From contig CBDVBD010000002.1 of assembly GCA_965372135.1 (NCBI GenBank), forward strand, positions 1-52,504: DNA of 52,504 nt, in the 5' to 3' direction. Of the stretch, positions 29,952-38,563 are shown one piece after another; the first letter of the stretch is position 1, and each line of letters starts with the position of its first letter. The DNA comes from an uncultured bacterium (GTDB lineage Bacteria > Electryoneota > RPQS01 > CBDVBD01). Under the pieces are notes generated by a model. That model was not told the origin of the DNA and did no database searches. It saw only the letters and a list, made by a program, of their open reading frames with translations. A program made the translations under genes and the position numbers.

Positions 29952-29980
29952 TTGAAAAAGAGAGAATCTTTTATTATATT
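29952..29980 (+). promoter_or_regulatory. Sigma70-type promoter of rpsU
   Basis: TTGAAA-17 nt-TATATT, followed by the same TAAGTTGCATTATTTT 16-mer seen at the pfk promoter. Confidence 0.6.
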
Positions 29981-30045
29981 CGTAAGTTGCATTATTTTAG
30001 TAATTTATAATCACCCCTAACCGAAAGGAGGGATGACAAGCATAG

Positions 30046-30243
30046 ATGCCGTATATTAAGATTCGTGATGGAGAAGCGTTTGACCGTGCGTTGCGCCGTT
30101 TCATTAAATCTTGCGAAAAAGCTGGTTTGATGGCGGATATCCGCAAACATCAGCGGTACGAAAAACCCAGCGATGCCCGGAAGCGTAAATCCAATGCCGC
30201 ACGTCGTAAGATGCGGAAACTCCAGTCATTACGAGAGGACTAA
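30046..30243 (+). CDS. rpsU: 30S ribosomal protein S21
   Basis: [28 protein letters not shown]...[25 protein letters not shown] lies upstream. Confidence 0.95.
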   Translation: MPYIKIRDGEAFDRALRRFIKSCEKAGLMADIRKHQRYEKPSDARKRKSNAARRKMRKLQSLRED

Positions 30244-30254
30244 CGGAGGGTAAA

Positions 30255-30545
30255 GTGTCTTTAAGCGACAAGTTGACGTAGGACCTCAAGGATGCCATGA
30301 AACAGCGAGACCAGCTTAGGGTTAACGTTATTCGAATGATCCGTTCCTAAATGAAATATTCGCAAATTCAACCGGGAACGGATTTTTCGTCTTAACACCC
30401 ACTCATGGTGCTTGAGAAGGAAGCCAAAAAGCGCAAGGAAGCCATTGAAGCCTATTAACAGTCCGGTGTCGCTGACCGGATCGCACAAGAAGAAGCGGAA
30501 CTGGCTGTTATTCAGGAATTAGTCCGCGGGATACTAAGCACATGA
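30255..30545 (+). pseudogene. yqeY: GatB/YqeY-domain protein gene (yqeY), disrupted by four in-frame stops and lacking the C-terminal third
   Basis: GTG start with RBS GGAGGG. Translation gives VSLSDKLT*DLKDAMKQRDQLRVNVIRMIRS*MKYSQIQPGTDFSS*HPLMVLEKEAKKRKEAIEAY*QSGVADRIAQEEAELAVIQE. The stops are at 30279 (TAG), 30348, 30393 and 30456 (all TAA). The rpsU-yqeY synteny is conserved. Confidence 0.75.
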
Positions 30546-31309
30546 GCGTTGGACCCATAGATATATTGATTCTGGTGGTACTGGGCATCGGGTTGATCCT
30601 GGGATTCGTGAAAGGTTTTGTCCGGCAGATCACCGGACTATCTGGATTAATCGGTGGCGCCATCGCTGCTTATTTCGTATACGGATGGGCTTTTCTCTAT
30701 CTTGCCCCTACCACCAATCTCCCAGTGCCCAATTGGGTTGAATCTTTAGTCGTGGCATTGATCGCATTCGTATTGGTCGGAATTATCTTCGGTGTATTAG
30801 GACGAGCCATGCGAAAGGCACTGAAAGCAGCGAATCTTGGCGGCTTGGATCGTACCGTTGGTGCTGGATTGGGACTTGCAAAAAGTTTGATTTTAATTTT
30901 TCTGGTGCTGATGTTTTTAATGATCACACCGTTAAAGGAAGGAATTATTAACGAATCCTCCGTTGAGCCTGTCCTGAGGGTATTTACCAGTATCACCGGT
31001 GCCTTAATGGATCGCATTTTAGGATCCTCACCTGAAGCGCGCGTGTTGCGCCAGTTGGAATATTGGGGCTTTGACCGGAAAAGCTGCGACCAGATTCTAA
31101 AGGACCCGGATCTGCTATTTGAATTAGCAAAATCGCCGAAATTTTTCCGAAGACCAATCAGAGATCAAAAGGCAGGTACTGCCCCTCAACTGGACGACAA
31201 ACTGCGAAATACTCGTGAAAAAGTGATGCAAGTCATTGAAGATGCAAAACTAACCGCTCGTCAGAAAGCCAACCGTATTCTGGAGCTCTTGAACCCTAAA
31301 AGCTCTTAG
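30542..31309 (+). CDS. cvpA: CvpA-family membrane protein
   Basis: The N-terminus IDILILVVLGIGLILGFVKGFVRQITGLSGLIGGAIAAYF is typical of CvpA. There are four TM helices plus a soluble tail. Confidence 0.75.
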   Translation: MSVGPIDILILVVLGIGLILGFVKGFVRQITGLSGLIGGAIAAYFVYGWAFLYLAPTTNLPVPNWVESLVVALIAFVLVGIIFGVLGRAMRKALKAANLGGLDRTVGAGLGLAKSLILIFLVLMFLMITPLKEGIINESSVEPVLRVFTSITGALMDRILGSSPEARVLRQLEYWGFDRKSCDQILKDPDLLFELAKSPKFFRRPIRDQKAGTAPQLDDKLRNTREKVMQVIEDAKLTARQKANRILELLNPKSS

Positions 31310-31353
31310 TCTCCAAACGCCCCGAACATCCCTATAAATCACAACCGTTCCCC

Positions 31354-33726
31354 ATGATACAGCAAAAACTATTTCAAACTCTGGAATTTGACAAAGTCCG
31401 TGATATACTGGCATCCCGTGCCGTGTCGCCCATGGGTGCGGAACGGCTTGAAACCATATCACCCATGTCCAACGCTAAGCTGGTTGAAGAGGAATTGGAA
31501 CGGGTGGAGCAAATGAAGCGGGTGTTGGAGCGTGAAAATACTATCCCCATCAGCGGGTTAAACGATATCCGGTCGTATCTGAAATTGCTGTCCGCTGAAG
31601 GTGCGGTATTGGAAGGTACTGCATTGCAGGAAATTGCCCAGGCGCTGTCCGTGTCCCGTGCCCTGTCCGGTTTCTTCCACCACCGCAGGGAAGATTTTCC
31701 AGCGCTTTACAAACTGTCGTCACGGCTGGAAATATTCCCGGAAATCGAGGAAATGATCGGCGAAGCCATTAGTCCTGAAGGGCAGGTGTTGGATTCGGCA
31801 TCTCCCGAATTACGCCAAATTCGCCGTCAACTGGTCTTCCAACAGGAGCGACTGCGCAACCGCCTGGCATCTATCCTGGAAAAATGGGGCGAGCGGGGAT
31901 ACTGCCAGGAAAATTTGATTACCGTGAAAGGTGGACGGTTTGTAATCCCGGTAAAGGAAGAATTCCGCACTCAGGTCAAGGGCTTGATCGCTGACAAATC
32001 CGGTAGTGGAATGACGGTATTTATGGAGCCCCTGGAAACCCTGGAAATCGGTAACGGCATCCGCCAGTTGGAAATCGACGAGCGCAAGGAAGTGCATCGG
32101 ATCCTTAAAAAACTGACCGAACACGTCGCTGTGGAATGTGAAGCCATCCGGGAATCCATGGAAGTCCTGGGGAGTATCGATGCCATACATGCTCGCGCTT
32201 TGCTAGCCCGGAAGTGGAATGCTTATGCCCCGGACATCAACACCAAAAACCGGCTGCGGTTGGTCAAAGCCCGCCATCCCCTGCTGCTGGAACGGGACAC
32301 CGGTGAAGTCGTTCCCCTGGATTTGGAGTTGGGGCAGGATTTTCAAACGTTGGTCATTACCGGACCCAACGCAGGCGGGAAAACCGTTGCCCTGAAAACC
32401 ATCGGGCTATTGTCTTTAATGGCGTGTTCCGGTATCCTTATTCCAGCGGATCCGGGCTCAGAAATTCCCTTCATGAAACACGTCCATGCCGACATCGGCG
32501 ACGAACAATCCATTGAACAGGACCTGTCCACATTCACATCTCACCTGTCCCACATGAAAGAGATCCTGGAAGATCCGTCAAAGAACAAGCTGGTGTTGAT
32601 CGATGAAATCGGTGCCGCTACCGACCCCGCCTTGGGATCGGCGCTTGCCATGGCGGTGATGGAACGGTTGACCGCTCAGAAAGCGTTGTCCGTGATTACC
32701 ACCCACCACGGCGTATTGAAGACGTTCGCTCACCAACAGGAGGGAATGGGTAACGGTTCCATGGAATTCGACGAGGAATCCCTGACCCCTACTTACCGTT
32801 TCCAACCGGGAATTCCCGGATCAAGTTACGCCTTTGAAATCTCACAGCGGGTGGGAATTCCGGAAGATATCCTAATGCGAAGCCGAGAATTGGTGGGGGA
32901 AGACCGCACTAACCTGGAACAGTTACTGACCGAGCTAACGAAGAAAATCCGTGAATCCGACCGTGCCCGCCAGGAGAGCACCTTAAAACGCACCGAGTTC
33001 GACGCCCTCCGGAAACTGTACCGGGAACAGGCGGAACGTTTGAAGGAAAAAGAGAAATCCCTGAAGCGTACTGCACTGGAAGAAGCTGAAGACCTGCTCA
33101 AGGATGTCAATAAGCGCATCGAGACTTGCATTAAGGAAATCCGTGAAAACCAGGCGTCGCAGGAAACCATCAAAAAAGCCAAGCAGACTATTGCCGAAGT
33201 CAAAAAAGAAATCGCCGAACAACTGAAAAAAACCGAACCGGTAAAACCTAAAAAACAGGAACAACCGGTTCCGAAAGGGGAAATTGAGGTTGGCTCAAGG
33301 GTGAAGTTGCAAGGCTTTGACCAGGTGGGTACAGTTGTCGGTCAGCAAGGCAAGCGTTTCGCAGTAGAAATCGGCAATGTAAAGCTGTGGGCAGATCGCT
33401 CAAAGTTGAAACTAACGGGGGAACCTCCACCAAAGAAAGACAATCGGATCAAAATCCGTGTCGAGACCTCCAAGCAGGCGGTGAGTGGTGAATTAGACCT
33501 CCGCGGCTTGACTGCAGACGAGGCTTACCCCTTATTGGAAAAATACCTGTTCGATGCCTACAATTCCGGTTGGACGTCGGTAAGTATCATCCATGGGAAA
33601 GGTTCCGGTGCCCTGCGGACCAAAGTCACCGAATTCCTATCCGACCATCCCCTGGTGGAATCTTCCCGAACCGGTCGTCCGGAAGAAGGGGATTATGGTG
33701 TAACCATAGTCACGTTAGCTAGATAG
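31354..33726 (+). CDS. mutS2: Endonuclease MutS2 (MutS domain V ATPase plus C-terminal Smr domain)
   Basis: Walker A ITGPNAGGKT, LIDEIGAATDP, a long coiled-coil, and a C-terminal Smr domain (LDLRGLTADEA...IIHGKGSGALR) are present. Confidence 0.9.
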   Translation: MIQQKLFQTLEFDKVRDILASRAVSPMGAERLETISPMSNAKLVEEELERVEQMKRVLERENTIPISGLNDIRSYLKLLSAEGAVLEGTALQEIAQALSVSRALSGFFHHRREDFPALYKLSSRLEIFPEIEEMIGEAISPEGQVLDSASPELRQIRRQLVFQQERLRNRLASILEKWGERGYCQENLITVKGGRFVIPVKEEFRTQVKGLIADKSGSGMTVFMEPLETLEIGNGIRQLEIDERKEVHRILKKLTEHVAVECEAIRESMEVLGSIDAIHARALLARKWNAYAPDINTKNRLRLVKARHPLLLERDTGEVVPLDLELGQDFQTLVITGPNAGGKTVALKTIGLLSLMACSGILIPADPGSEIPFMKHVHADIGDEQSIEQDLSTFTSHLSHMKEILEDPSKNKLVLIDEIGAATDPALGSALAMAVMERLTAQKALSVITTHHGVLKTFAHQQEGMGNGSMEFDEESLTPTYRFQPGIPGSSYAFEISQRVGIPEDILMRSRELVGEDRTNLEQLLTELTKKIRESDRARQESTLKRTEFDALRKLYREQAERLKEKEKSLKRTALEEAEDLLKDVNKRIETCIKEIRENQASQETIKKAKQTIAEVKKEIAEQLKKTEPVKPKKQEQPVPKGEIEVGSRVKLQGFDQVGTVVGQQGKRFAVEIGNVKLWADRSKLKLTGEPPPKKDNRIKIRVETSKQAVSGELDLRGLTADEAYPLLEKYLFDAYNSGWTSVSIIHGKGSGALRTKVTEFLSDHPLVESSRTGRPEEGDYGVTIVTLAR

Positions 33727-33750
33727 CGAAAAGCGGAATTCATACATAGA

Positions 33751-33784
33751 AAAACCGGGACGGTGTAACTATCCCGGTTTTCTT
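33751..33784 (+). terminator. Rho-independent terminator of mutS2
   Basis: AAAACCGGGA-cggtgtaacta-TCCCGGTTTTCTT. Confidence 0.7.
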
Positions 33785-33848
33785 ATTGTTAACGTTAATA
33801 ATTTCAGAAGTTTTGTGTAGGTCAGGATCCCTGTGATCCTGACAGATA

Positions 33849-34484
33849 TTAAAATCTAAACCCAAAAGAAATAGTGGCAGCCGAAGTGATAAATTGCACC
33901 TTGGCTTCGTCACTCCAATAATAAAATATTGGTTTTATCAGGAGTGAAAATCCTAATCGTGAGCCAATGCTGCTTGCTAATCCCACCGGTAGACCAAACG
34001 TGGACTCATCTATCTTTGCTGTGTTCGTGTATGAAAATTCTTCTTCCTCCTCCAAGTACACTCCTTCCACAGTCTGATCCGCACTGAAGTAGTCGAAAGA
34101 TCCACCCACGAACAATGAGCTGTTGCCTTTATCGAACTTTATATAGTGGTACAACACCTGTCCCGACATGTGGTGAAGAAATCCATATTGTCCTGATGTC
34201 TCGATTTGTCTGACGTCGGTGCGATCCAATAGACCGTGATACCTGATCGGGTAGATATCATAGACCGCCACCACGGAGACTCTCTCGATTGGGTAAAACG
34301 TCACGTCCAAACCCCATCCGACATCGTAACGCCAATCATTCAGGTAATCCGATTCTTCAATGCGGTTTAATGACGGCACTAAAAACCCGTAATGAGCTGC
34401 AACTACAAAGCGATTATCAACTTCCGCATGTAAAAGCCCGCATGTAACCAGTAATAATAAAAAGCCCAATCCTACACGGTGCAT
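33849..34484 (-). CDS. Outer-membrane beta-barrel protein, function unknown
   Basis: The signal peptide MHRVGLGFLLLLVTCGLLHA, alternating hydrophobic beta-strand pattern and C-terminal FGFRF (terminal Phe) all fit this class. Confidence 0.55.
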   Translation of the reverse strand: MHRVGLGFLLLLVTCGLLHAEVDNRFVVAAHYGFLVPSLNRIEESDYLNDWRYDVGWGLDVTFYPIERVSVVAVYDIYPIRYHGLLDRTDVRQIETSGQYGFLHHMSGQVLYHYIKFDKGNSSLFVGGSFDYFSADQTVEGVYLEEEEEFSYTNTAKIDESTFGLPVGLASSIGSRLGFSLLIKPIFYYWSDEAKVQFITSAATISFGFRF

Positions 34485-34677
34485 ATCAGCCTCCTGCTAC
34501 CAAAACCGATGTTTTTGGTATGGAAATTTTAAGGAAAGTAAAACTAATGCGGTTACTGGGGTAACACATCTCAACTATCGTATTAATATAGTGAAGATTG
34601 GACATTTTGTCAAGTATTTTTCCGGAAAATCGGGAATAATTTAAAAGAACGAATTATCGATACCGTCGATATTGATT

Positions 34678-35139
34678 CTATGGTTGCTGGGAAGACGTCC
34701 TATCGTCAGTGTCGGAAAGGTCGGACTCCCATTGAGCCAAGTTCCCAGGTATGTCGACAATTGGTTTATCCTCTTCTGAATCCAACAATCTGTTAATTCG
34801 TGACTTGAGTGGTCCTATTGGAATCATCCCCACGATCCGATCCACGATCTTGCAGTCATGAAAAAACAACAACGTAGGCACTGCTCGGATGCCGTATCGC
34901 CCGAATGTTTCCGGGTTTTTGTCTGCGTTGATAGTGAAAATACATACCTGCTGGTCGTATTCCACCGCCAGTTGTTCCAGCATCTTTTCCATAATTTCGC
35001 ATTCCGGCGAACGCGGCGCCCACACAAACACTACCACTGGAATATTTGCACGCACTACCTTGTCGTTAAACTGCATATCAGTTGTTGGTTCCGGCGCGGG
35101 TGGTTTCGGGGGTGATTTCTCTTTCTGGTCTTTGGTCAT
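34678..35139 (-). CDS. Thioredoxin-fold protein with degenerate active site
   Basis: The Trx-like core VVVFVWAPRSPECEIM...NPETFGRYGIRAVPTLLFF is present. The canonical WCGPC is replaced by RSPEC, leaving only the second Cys. There are Pro-rich N-terminal and acidic C-terminal extensions. Confidence 0.65.
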   Translation of the reverse strand: MTKDQKEKSPPKPPAPEPTTDMQFNDKVVRANIPVVVFVWAPRSPECEIMEKMLEQLAVEYDQQVCIFTINADKNPETFGRYGIRAVPTLLFFHDCKIVDRIVGMIPIGPLKSRINRLLDSEEDKPIVDIPGNLAQWESDLSDTDDRTSSQQP

Positions 35140-35252
35140 GACTGCCCTCTATATATGTAAAATAATCGGATGTTAATTGTCGCTAAATACCGTAGTTAAA
35201 TGTTGTCCTTACCCGTCATTGTACTCTATGATTGGGAAAAAGTTTCAAATCC

Positions 35253-36695
35253 TTATATCGTATAATATCGATAAAAATCCGGTGTGACCGAAACTGGATG
35301 ATAAGCCCCATCCTTAGGATCTTCCCGGTAATCTCCCGAATATTTCCCTTCAATAATCATATCCACAGCATTGATCAATCGGTCCAGCTCCTCTTCGGTG
35401 TTGTATAGACCGAAACTAGCTCGTATTCCGCCGGGGATGTTACTGTGGTTGCCTTCTTTCAACCACTTGCGCATTTCCAATGCCGCCGTTTCAGGTACAT
35501 GCAAAAGCTGCAGGATAAACGGATGCGAACAGAAACATCCGCTTCGCACCCCAATCCCGTGCTCGTAGCTGAGGATCGCTGACGCTTGCGCATGTGGAAC
35601 ACCTTCAATATTAAATGTAAACACCCCCAGCCGTTCTTGGATCCGACCGGTATCGGAAATTCCATATATACTAATTTCCGGTCGTGAATTAAGATATTCT
35701 AAGAATTTTCTTGATAGCTTATGTTCAACATCTTCAAGGACATCGTAACCGATGGCGTTGATTGTATTTATCGCAGCAGTCATCGCCACCACTCCCGTCA
35801 CATTGGGGCTTCCAGCTTCTTCCCGTTCCGGGGAATCCAACCATACCACCTCGTCTTCCGACACCACTGCTACCGCACCACCTCCCCAAATCGCCGGATC
35901 ACCCTGCTCCAGAAATTCCTGTGGAGCAATCAGCACCCCAGCTCCATACGGCGCATACATTTTGTGTGCCGAAAACGCCAAAAAATCGATGTGCCCTGGA
36001 TCATTCGGTGGCTTCATATCCATCCGGCAGTGCGGCACTAATTGTGCTGCATCCACCATGATTTTCGCGCCGTATTTGTGGCAGATGGTCGCCAGCTCAC
36101 GGATTGGCACCAACGTCCCCACCACATTAGACGCCCCTGTCACCGAAAACAGCTTAATATCCCCTCCGTGACGTTCCAATGTATTCTTCAAGTCCTGGGG
36201 ATCGATAATTCCTTCGTCGCTGACAGGAATTCGTATCGGATTCTGAAACCGCCGCCAAGGCAGATCGTTAGCATGATGTTCCATGTGGCTGATGGCGATT
36301 TTTCCGCCCGATTCCATCGGGTAATGATTTGCCAGCCGGTTGATAGCGTCGGTAGTACCCGAACAGAAGATGATGGCATCGTGGGACAAATCCGCTCCCA
36401 CGAAGTCCGCCACAATCTCCCGGCACGAATCGTATATCGCCGATGCCAATTGCGACTTGAATCCCGCACCGCGGTGGACGCTGGAATACCATCCCTGAAA
36501 AGAACATACCGCCTCCAACGCCGACTTCAGACTTGGCGTGCTGGCGGCGTTATCGAAATTAACATATGTGGTAGTTTCGCCGCTTAGCAGCGGAACCTGA
36601 TTGTCCAATCCCACCACCAAATTTCGCAGATTACAACCGTCTTCCCCCGCTTCTTCCGTCATAGCGTCCAGTACACAAATACGATGTTCCCTCAC
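35253..36695 (-). CDS. Class V aminotransferase-fold PLP enzyme (cysteine desulfurase / selenocysteine lyase-like)
   Basis: The PLP-lysine context FSAHKMYAPYGAGVL, HHANDLPW and a C-terminal RSGCFCSHP Cys loop are present. Confidence 0.7.
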   Translation of the reverse strand: MREHRICVLDAMTEEAGEDGCNLRNLVVGLDNQVPLLSGETTTYVNFDNAASTPSLKSALEAVCSFQGWYSSVHRGAGFKSQLASAIYDSCREIVADFVGADLSHDAIIFCSGTTDAINRLANHYPMESGGKIAISHMEHHANDLPWRRFQNPIRIPVSDEGIIDPQDLKNTLERHGGDIKLFSVTGASNVVGTLVPIRELATICHKYGAKIMVDAAQLVPHCRMDMKPPNDPGHIDFLAFSAHKMYAPYGAGVLIAPQEFLEQGDPAIWGGGAVAVVSEDEVVWLDSPEREEAGSPNVTGVVAMTAAINTINAIGYDVLEDVEHKLSRKFLEYLNSRPEISIYGISDTGRIQERLGVFTFNIEGVPHAQASAILSYEHGIGVRSGCFCSHPFILQLLHVPETAALEMRKWLKEGNHSNIPGGIRASFGLYNTEEELDRLINAVDMIIEGKYSGDYREDPKDGAYHPVSVTPDFYRYYTI

Positions 36696-36748
36696 AATAC
36701 CTCTCGGATTGTTAGATAATGTACGGTATGTTTAAGATTACGGCAGGA

Positions 36749-36958
36749 TTATTTACCGGAAGCCGATGGTTTCACGGGTTTGGGTATGTCGTCTTCGATA
36801 ACGATTTCTACTTGTTCCCGGTCACGGGGAACGCAGGCTTGAGACAGTCAGGTGGAAAGTCCAAAAGCTGGTAATATGAATTTCACCACCAAAAACCATC
36901 CCACAAAAATTAACACTATCCAGACTATATCCATCCTTGATTTCCTTTTATCTGTCAT
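36749..36958 (-). CDS. Candidate small single-TM selenoprotein (UGA at 36848-36850 read as Sec). Otherwise a 36 aa membrane peptide ending at that UGA.
   Basis: Translation gives MTDKRKSRMDIVWIVLIFVGWFLVVKFILPAFGLST-U-LSQACVPRDREQVEIVIEDDIPKPVKPSASGK. The frame stays open for 32 codons after the UGA. A GUUCCC-CGUGACC-GGGAAC hairpin starts 15 nt after the UGA. An alternative start lies at 36934. Confidence 0.3.
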
Positions 36959-37265
36959 GTCCGCTTTCGAAATTGCTTGAACAAATGTAAATCGGGTTCC
37001 CCTAACACCCTACTTAAAACTTTATAACTTTTCAACTTTCAAACTTATGTCAAACGCCATAGCAAAAGTTACCCGTCTCTGCATAAAATTTCCCCCACAT
37101 TTTATCCCCCGTAAACACCCTATTCAATATAACAATTTTTTTCAATAAATGAATACCTCGAAGCAAGAAAGATGAAATTTATCCGCAAAATTTATAACAT
37201 TAATATATTCAAGCATTTCTTAATAATCATTGTTTTCAACCGTGTGACTCTCCTATCAGAATTGA

Positions 37266-38105
37266 TTACTTCAATCCAACTAAAATCAACATATCATCAT
37301 CCTTACCTGACGCACCCATAGACTTAAAGAATCTCACCTCTCTAAAACCACATTCTGTAAACAAAACCTCGACTTCTTCATTGGAATATGCCTTTGTACT
37401 TATACCATATTGCGCCACACGGCTTGTATTTGCATCAATCACATAATATCTGATCGTCGCAACTTGTCGTTCCTTATCCCAAGAAGTTTCCTTCAGCTGC
37501 ACATTAGGCTGATCCGAGAATAGACCATGGTCTTCTGAATACCAATTGTTTCCCCGTTCTCCTTCTCTACGGACAGCGGATGCCGTCTGCGCTTCGATCA
37601 GCAGCGAACCTCCTGCGGATAGTGCTTCGTAGGACTTCATCAGAATCGATTTGGCGTCGGATGGTTTAAATACATTAAACTCCCCATAAATCATCATTAC
37701 CAACCCATATCCATCGCCGTAATTCGCGGTTCGAATGTCCTCATGAATGTAAGTACAGTTAAGGTTTTCATCAGCAGCCAACTTTTTCGCATAAGCTATC
37801 GATGCTGGCGAATAATCGATCCCCACACATTCATGTCCCAATCTCGCCAGTCGGTTGGAATATAATCCCGGGCCACATACTAAATCAAGGATTCTGATTG
37901 GTTTGCAATCCAATAGTTCATTGTGAATCCACGCCACATGCTTGTCAATTATTTCGAATCGGCGGCTCGCTAAATCATGCTCCTGAGAAAGATGTTCCTT
38001 CAACATCCGTGCACTGAAATCAGGATCATGCCACGGAATATTATCCGCTTCACCCCACGGTTCAGGAACCTTATCCCTTCGAACTATGTCCAAGAGTTCT
38101 ATCAT
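37266..38105 (-). CDS. Class I SAM-dependent methyltransferase
   Basis: Motif I ILDLVCGPGLYS, followed by an acidic-residue strand VGIDYS. Confidence 0.75.
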   Translation of the reverse strand: MIELLDIVRRDKVPEPWGEADNIPWHDPDFSARMLKEHLSQEHDLASRRFEIIDKHVAWIHNELLDCKPIRILDLVCGPGLYSNRLARLGHECVGIDYSPASIAYAKKLAADENLNCTYIHEDIRTANYGDGYGLVMMIYGEFNVFKPSDAKSILMKSYEALSAGGSLLIEAQTASAVRREGERGNNWYSEDHGLFSDQPNVQLKETSWDKERQVATIRYYVIDANTSRVAQYGISTKAYSNEEVEVLFTECGFREVRFFKSMGASGKDDDMLILVGLK

Positions 38106-38109
38106 GGAA

Positions 38110-38418
38110 TCACATCTCCTCTACTAATACCAACCTAACCACATCAGTCAGCACCTTCGCTTTATGCCCTTCACCAGCTAGTATGAATATCCCGTCCCCC
38201 TTTTCATATATCACCATTCCCCCTTGAAAATCAGCTTCCATCCGCCCTTCGAGCACGCACCCAATGTGTCCTTTCATACACCAATCGGCTTCCACGTATC
38301 CTCGAAACATTTCCACCAACCGTAGCTGCTTCCCATTGCGTGAAAATCCTTTATATCGTATCCTTTCCGCAGGCATCTCCCAGGGAATCGAATCAAAATC
38401 AACTTTGTACGGTGTCAT
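38110..38418 (-). CDS. Cupin-domain protein
   Basis: About 100 aa with a beta-rich core (HIGCVLEGRMEADF...GDGIFILAGEGHKA). ATG at 38418 is preceded by AAGGAGG. The track start is an upstream TTG. Confidence 0.6.
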   Translation of the reverse strand: MTPYKVDFDSIPWEMPAERIRYKGFSRNGKQLRLVEMFRGYVEADWCMKGHIGCVLEGRMEADFQGGMVIYEKGDGIFILAGEGHKAKVLTDVVRLVLVEEM

Positions 38419-38563
38419 CTCTTGTTCCTCCTTCAATTCCTATCATCTAATGGCAAGCGTCTGCCTCAGGCTGACCAACCCGCCCGTTGGTGGATTGCCC
38501 AGGTTTCACTCATAATCTAATATACAAAATTCCCATGGACTTTTCAATATGGATGATCCTATC

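Noticed and set aside
33821-33843. 9 bp perfect inverted repeat GTCAGGATC-N5-GATCCTGAC just downstream of the outer-membrane protein gene
   Set aside because: It could be a terminator for the minus-strand gene, but it lacks a U-tract. It is too weakly supported to list as a feature.
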